Below, in pieces: positions 56,177-61,768 of a stretch of DNA of 61,768 nucleotides. The position numbers and the translations under genes are program-made. The stretch comes from Folioceros fuciformis. Taxonomy: Eukaryota. Positions within the stretch are counted from its first letter, which is position 1. Each line of letters starts with the position of its first letter. The stretch is from the NCBI GenBank assembly GCA_049999805.1, contig JBNGIO010006002.1, positions 1-61,768 on the forward strand, read 5' to 3'. Below the pieces are notes generated by a model. That model saw only the letters and a program-made list of their open reading frames with translations, searched no databases and had not been told where the DNA came from.

Positions 56177-56698
56177 TCAGCTGTGATCAGTGCGCTGGGA
56201 GTCGGTGGACCAGACCACCTTTCTTACTTTGTAAAGTACGTCTTGGCATAGCACGGAAGCAGCGGGACCACTAAACACGTCAGTTTCGGTGAGGTGAAGA
56301 GCGCAAGCTGTGTGAAAGATGGAGCCCGATCCGCTCTCCCAGAGAATGCCCTTGCCACGGAACTTTGTACCGATCACGAGATTTCCGTCACTCTGTAACG
56401 CCACGCTGCAGGTGCGGGCCTCCTCCACGTCCACGTACGTCAGCAGACTGGACCTCCAGATGGGCACGATGCTTCCCACCTCGTACAGGCCTGCCATGCA
56501 AGTGGCGTTCTCCAAGAGGAACTGGAACTGGCCGGAGATTGACAGCAGGAACTCCCCGGCATCCAGTAAGTGGTTCTCCTGGCCGAACCACAGATGCTGA
56601 TCTGCTACATGGGTGGTCAGAGCGTTTGGCACAAGTATCAGCGGCAGCAGCAGCAGCAGCAGCATGAGCATGTTGCTCAGGGTTAGTAGACCGGCCAT
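56177..56698 (-). CDS. Small secreted bulb-type (GNA / B-lectin) domain protein, intronless
   Basis: Leu-rich signal peptide, then LDAGEFLLS.SGQFQFLL...C, PIWRS and the QxDxNxV motif in LQSDGNLVI...ILWES. Confidence 0.75.
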   Translation of the reverse strand: MAGLLTLSNMLMLLLLLLPLILVPNALTTHVADQHLWFGQENHLLDAGEFLLSISGQFQFLLENATCMAGLYEVGSIVPIWRSSLLTYVDVEEARTCSVALQSDGNLVIGTKFRGKGILWESGSGSIFHTACALHLTETDVFSGPAASVLCQDVLYKVRKVVWSTDSQRTDHS

Positions 56699-56850
56699 CC
56701 CTTTAAAATATTTCAGCAAATGAATTATAAATGTTAATATATGAGGACTATAACAGCAAGTTTACCGGCAATGTGGATGGATGCTGCAGAACCCCGAGGC
56801 GGAAGTAGCTCTGTGATCATCGATTCCTCTCGGGCTGGTTTCACGACGCA

Positions 56851-57809
56851 ATGCATCTCCAGGCCTTGGTAGGCGCGACGGGCTCTTGCGTCCTAACTGG
56901 CGGGCAGAAGCTGGGGCAGGGACTGGGACTGGGCCTGGGGCAGAGGCAAAGGCAGGGCCAAGGGCGGGGGTGGTCCGAACTTGATACGTCTGATGACAGG
57001 GCTGGACATGGGTTGGAAGTGGAACAGGAGGACGGTACCTGCTGCTCGTCCAGGAGGTTGTTGGTGGTGTCCAGCTTCAGCTTCCTGGGCGTCATGACAA
57101 CCCAGCTTGCCAGGCCCCGGTCTGGACTGGCTACCGGTAGCTACGGTGAGTGCTGTGCCTCTGTTGCCCACGACAATGTGACTGGCTACCTAGACCTAGA
57201 CCTAGACCTAGACTAGACTTGGAGGGTACATTGGTGGGGTGGCAGAGTTGCAGCATTTCTACAAGCCCGACGGGAAGGAGCGCAGCACTGACCCCTACGA
57301 GTTCGACATCCCCGCGGGCTGGTTGCAAGAGCCTGTTAGCCTGAATGATGCCAAGCTGTACGGGACAGATACCAGGTTTTCTGGACCTAATGGCTCACTG
57401 GAGGTGCTCGTGCTTCCCGTCGGTAAGTGGAGGTTGAGGGAAGGGTTGCACAAGTTGTCTCTCAATCCTAGTCAAGAGCTAGAGAATTGAAGCCCTGGAC
57501 CTCGTTTATTTTGCTGCAGGTAATGGGGATATTGAAACCATAGAACAGCTAGGTGACACAGACGGAGTGATTGGCAGGTTTGGCCCCCCTGATCAGCCTG
57601 CTAAAGTGGTGGACTCAAAGGTTGGAGGAAAGAACGGCAAGACCTATTATTTGTACGAGCTGAACACCCCCCACAGGCTGCTTTCAGCCTATGTCTCGGG
57701 GTCTCAGCTGTATGTGTTCATAGCCTCTGCCAGTGGCAAGCAGTGGCGCTTCTCTGAGGCTATGCTGAGGGAAATGAGAGACTCATTTGCATCTGCCAAA
57801 GCTAGGTAA
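56851..57809 (+). CDS. PsbP-domain thylakoid lumen protein (divergent PPD4-like), 3 exons
   Basis: Twin-Arg lumen signal SRRLLVVSSFSFL. Exons 56851-57145, 57246-57422, 57520-57809 read YEFDIPAGWLQEPVSL, GKTYYLYELNTPHRLLSAYVSGSQLYVF and GKQWR...MRDSF. Confidence 0.85.
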
Positions 57810-57895
57810 TGGAGAAAATGTTTACCTACGGGCTTCTAAGGGCATAAATTGGAAGGCATAACCAGCAGCTCATACGCATCGCAGGTAGACTTCAG

Positions 57896-60524
57896 TCAGA
57901 TGGGACCATCGCGAATTTTAGCTGGAATGTAGACGTCCGCAAGTTGTGAGAGCGATACCGCCGACAGTGCCTCTATCTTCAGCTTGACGTTACCCGCCTT
58001 CATCGCTGCTAGCTGCGACCTGCAGGCCATTGAAGGATGGGAAAGTCAAGTGACTGCGGTTGGTTTTTTGTTGACCCAGCTTTCTTCTTGCTGGAGTCCT
58101 ATTCTAAGGAGTGCTCAAAACGCATCCATCTTACCACCACTTGGGCGCAAGTTGTGCTATATGGCTCTTCTTTAACATCTCATCAGCCTTCTTGTGGTCT
58201 GCAAGGAATCCACTCCCCGTCAACTGACAAGGCCTACCAACAATGGTTCTGGGAAGAAGGATGCGGGCATACCTCTTTTGGTCATAGGAAGCAGGCACGG
58301 GCGTGGTATGTTGAATCTCTCAAAATCCGAGACAAATAGGCCCAGCCAACGGACCGATGATACGGCCAATGTCTCCGCTTCAGAAGCCATCGCCTGTAAA
58401 CGGTCACATAAATGTAGGGGATTCACGGCAAACGTTGTCATAGTCTAAAACTCTATTCCGTCAATACCAGAGATCCAAAACGGTATGTGGACAGGATGTC
58501 TACTCCATACGGGTCGCTGTCTACAAGCCCGTAGATGGGAAGCTTCAATGTGCCAGTGAGCAGTCGTAAGAAACTGCAAAACGAAATTAGTTTTGTGACC
58601 CAATGACGTACGTGTAAGGGGACCAGACCTCAAAGACAGGATATAACGGACCTAGTACCTTCTTGTTGCAACGTCTGGGTAGCCTTTGCCCTGCAAGTAA
58701 GGTAACTATGCAGGGTCATCAGGTCACCTTAATGAAAGTTATGGAGGCCACACCGGTGACGGATCCACGACAAAATCGAGTGAGAAAACAGCTGCTTCTA
58801 AATTGCCTCTGTTATGTTACGGCGGTACTCACTGTTAGAAGAATGCAACGGTTTCTAGCACAAAATCCGTCGTTCGCAAGCCGCTCAAATACTGGAGAAG
58901 ATGGGATGGGAGAGTCAGTTCTGTCTTTCGCTGGAAACGCCTATGCGAAGTCTCATCTTTGTAGTCATGCGGATCTGACCTGTTTCCTTTTCCACCAAAA
59001 GGATGTAAGCAGCAGCGCTCTTCATGTCTTGCAGTTGGACTTAAGGACAACACATCAGAGCTCCTGGAACGACAGGATGCTGATGACCAAAATAAGAAAC
59101 ACGTAGAGGATACTAGATACTTGATCGATATGCACAGGGATTGGAAAAGCCTGGTAGCGAAAGGAATTTAATCAATAGCAGGTCTGCCTTCAATTGATTT
59201 CGACGATGCAAGCAACAATATCAACGCTTACAGTAAACTCGTGTTGTTCGCAATCGATCTTCTGTCGCGCATAAATGTAGGATACAGATCCCATGAACAA
59301 TCTGAAAAGGTGAGCAAGCCGACATCAAGCTTCTGATCAATATATGAGAAGTCAGCCATCAGAAGCAGATACATTCCCAGCTTACCCCTTGCACACAGAA
59401 ACCTGTTTCGCCAACACGCGAGGATGTGACTCGCAAGGCACAGTGGTCAGAAACTTCGATGACAGACAGAATGCACAGAGTTGTCTAGCAAACTAAAGAT
59501 ATCTGAGCACTTGTAAGCAGTGAAGACTCTCCATGCATCTTCAGTCACCATGCGTCTCGGCAATGGTATGTCGTCTAGCTAGGTACCACATTGAGACATG
59601 AACGGCTGCACTGGAACATGAGGCAGATGTCGTGTATTCCCCGGTCAACATTGCCTTGATCTGGTGACCACATACAGTATGTTGCTCACGGTCAAAGCTG
59701 CAATTTCTGTGCAGGCATTTGCTACCCGTAACGGCATAGTCGACTTTGTCAAAGAAGGGAAACCTCTGAAAATCTCCGGGTCAGAGTAATAAACATCGCG
59801 TTTGGTGGCGTGTTTCTTTTGAAGGATCAACAGTTGTGCTATTTCAAGAATCCTGAGTATAACAACTACAAAACAGGAAGCAACAAAAGATTTCAGGACA
59901 CCAAAAGGTTCACGACAATCGATACATGCAAGAACATCGCAAGAGACGACAGCTTACCAAGTCGTTGTGCTCCATTCCTAGCATAGGCAACCGTTCTATC
60001 CTCTTCTACCCGCTGGAAGATGCTGCAGCTTGCGCAACGCAACGTCACGGAGTGAGAATTCAGCGTTCCAATTCAGCGTCAGAGACTCTCCCTCGATCCA
60101 AAACGCGCGCATCCATGTTGCCTTTGCCGGGCGGTTAGCGCTTACGAGGTCACGTCGGTCGCAGACTCGTTCGAAGTGAACGTCCGATGTCGATACCTTG
60201 CAACCTTCAAATTTGGCAACACGCCGTCTTCGAGGGCACGTAGTATCTGCAGGATCAAGCCTGAAGAGTCCGCATTGTAAGCTTTTATTCAATCTTCTCT
60301 AACCATTGAGCAACAGCAGTCGAAGCAGCGAGGGAGTGTCTCGTCCGTATTTTACAATTCGCCTTTCTTGCATGCCTAGAACATGTCACAAGACATGCGG
60401 ATTGCAACAGATGTCCACCTTGGATCTTCTGAAGCACTCCTTCCGACACAGGCGCGGGAGCGCCGTCGCAATCCGTCCGGCCATCGCTGTTGCTTCCGCG
60501 GCAGGAAGCGGAGCTGGAGTCCAT
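57896..60524 (-). CDS. SPO11-1: Meiotic double-strand-break transesterase SPO11-1, 15 short exons
   Basis: Hand-spliced: VLQKIQ / [13 protein letters not shown] / HATKRDVYY (catalytic Tyr region 59791-59786) / [20 protein letters not shown] / VSVCKG (17-nt exon 59402-59386) / AFPIPV / YILLVEKET / [15 protein letters not shown] / [10 protein letters not shown] / [20 protein letters not shown] / VRWLG / KIEAL..YIPAKI. Stop 57898-57896; alternative ATG 60563. Confidence 0.93.
59028..59113 (-). other. U12-type GT-AG intron in SPO11-1
   Basis: 5' GTATCCTCT, branch TCCTTAA (59047-59041) about 12 nt before an AAG acceptor with no polypyrimidine tract. The splice restores ...[19 protein letters not shown]. 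Confidence 0.8.
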
Positions 60525-61135
60525 CCGGCCCGCGTGCTTGTCCTTCTGTGAAGTCACGGTCATTTCGACAATAGCCGGCCAATCGGTTTTTCGGAAGTAG
60601 ACCACGCAGGCCACTGGTCCTTGGTCTTATACAGACGAACCCGCACAACGCAGCACAATATCTACGTATCGTATGAAGTGCGGAAGTGCAGACACGACAT
60701 CGCTGCGCGATGGCGGGAAAATTCGAATGACCACTGAAACCCCACACAAGGTCTTCGTGAACTGAGTTAAAGTCAGGCGCTGACACCGCTAGGAACTGTT
60801 TAGCTGTGTGCAATAGACGCAAACGGTACACATCGGCCTCAAAGAATGCGCCTTGACACCTAAAACAGCTGGGCGTTGTGTACCTCGAGGAAAAAGCTGA
60901 AAAACAAAACTGCGAGACAAAACGACCACAACCTCGACCCCCCTCTCCCCCCCCCCAACCCCAGCTTGGACATTCAAGCTACACACTAGCCTACACAATG
61001 TGCATGCAGTAGGCACGGCAGGCCAAAACGAAACAAGCTCCCAGATTGGACACGTCAATCACACTAGCGTACGCAGTGTGCATGCAGCACGCACCCATCT
61101 CCAAGTCTGTACTCCACTCCACTGTGTCTAGTCGT

Positions 61136-61240
61136 GGGAATCCTCACTCCAAATGTGAGTGATCATGGGAGTCCTGACGCCAACTATGCCTTGTCACGGG
61201 AATCCTGACTCCAACGTGCTTGTCCCAGAAATCCTCAACC
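61136..61240. repeat. 31-bp-period repeat with core GGGA(A/G)TCCT(C/G)AC(T/G)CCAA, 3 to 4 copies
   Basis: Cores at 61136, 61167 and 61198, with a degenerate fourth at about 61227. Confidence 0.75.
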
Positions 61241-61539
61241 TGGACAGATGGGCAATTTGGTAGCATGACAATCAGGAGCAGATTGATGACAGTCAAAATC
61301 CCGCCTCAACCACGAACCAGGAGGTAATACAAAAGCCTAATAAATTTGTGCCCAACCCACACTAAAACGAGGACGATTGTCATTGCGCCAACATCCTATG
61401 AATAGGGCTATGGCTAAGAGAAACATGGAGGATGTAGCAAGCGGAGCCAGAAACTTGAGGTCCTAAGTGTCCAGTCCAGGCGGCATGGCATGGGATGAAA
61501 TGCTGGACAGACTAGAAGGAAGCCAGTGATGACCGTTCC

Positions 61540-61767
61540 TCAGACTGATGGAAGATTGGACGTACCCCTGCCATATGAAGCTCTTCTTTGGTTTTCTCGT
61601 CTCTTGGCACATACGTAGAGAAGTCCTCCCAAAACCACAGTTCCCAGGATGACCCCGATTGCTATACCCGCATTTCTGCCTGCTGAAGACTTCTTCTCCC
61701 CTCCTGACGTCTGGGGGGTTGAGGGTGCTGGGGGCGATGGAGGTGGTGGTGGTGATGGAGGTGGTGG
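61540..61767 (-). CDS. 3' end of a proline-rich single-pass membrane protein (partial)
   Basis: Reads PPPPSPPPPPSPPAPST...AGIAIGVILGTVVLGGLLYVC-AKRRENQRRASYG...SV*. Open to the right edge and absent from the ORF track. Confidence 0.8.
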   Translation of the reverse strand, partial: PPPPSPPPPPSPPAPSTPQTSGGEKKSSAGRNAGIAIGVILGTVVLGGLLYVCAKRRENQRRASYGRGTSNLPSV

Positions 61768-61768
61768 T

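Overview
Gene-dense, intron-rich nuclear DNA from a land plant. Short introns, a class III sirtuin and a PLS-PPR with a 'WW'-type PG box suggest a seed-free plant, probably a hornwort (inference). Genes in order: PRP4 kinase (-), SIRT5-type sirtuin (+, one-base frameshift), F-box/LRR (-), PrxIIF (+), TL29/APX4 (-), PsbX (-), eRF3 (-), UBLCP1 (+), trihelix/Myb-SANT-like gene (-), intronless group-D MAPK-derived pseudogene (-), PNISR-like (-), NodGS (+, AT-AC U12 intron), fungal-type C2H2 zinc finger (+), ERD2-related receptor (+), PLS-E+ PPR (-), bulb-type lectin (-), PPD4-like PsbP protein (+), a 15-exon SPO11-1 (-) that the ORF track nearly misses (GT-AG U12-type intron), and a partial Pro-rich membrane protein (-). 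Four repeat/TE-like blocks lie between genes: about 7.3-12.7 kb (including a 2.3-kb TG...CA element with a 5-bp TSD), 31.3-34.5 kb, 44.0-45.9 kb and 54.3-55.9 kb. There are two N gaps. All exon structures were read by eye and no database search was run. I see no clearly new multi-gene system; the best leads are the fungal-like zinc finger, the TE-associated MAPK copy, the ORF-bearing solo-LTR-like element and the frameshifted SIRT5.
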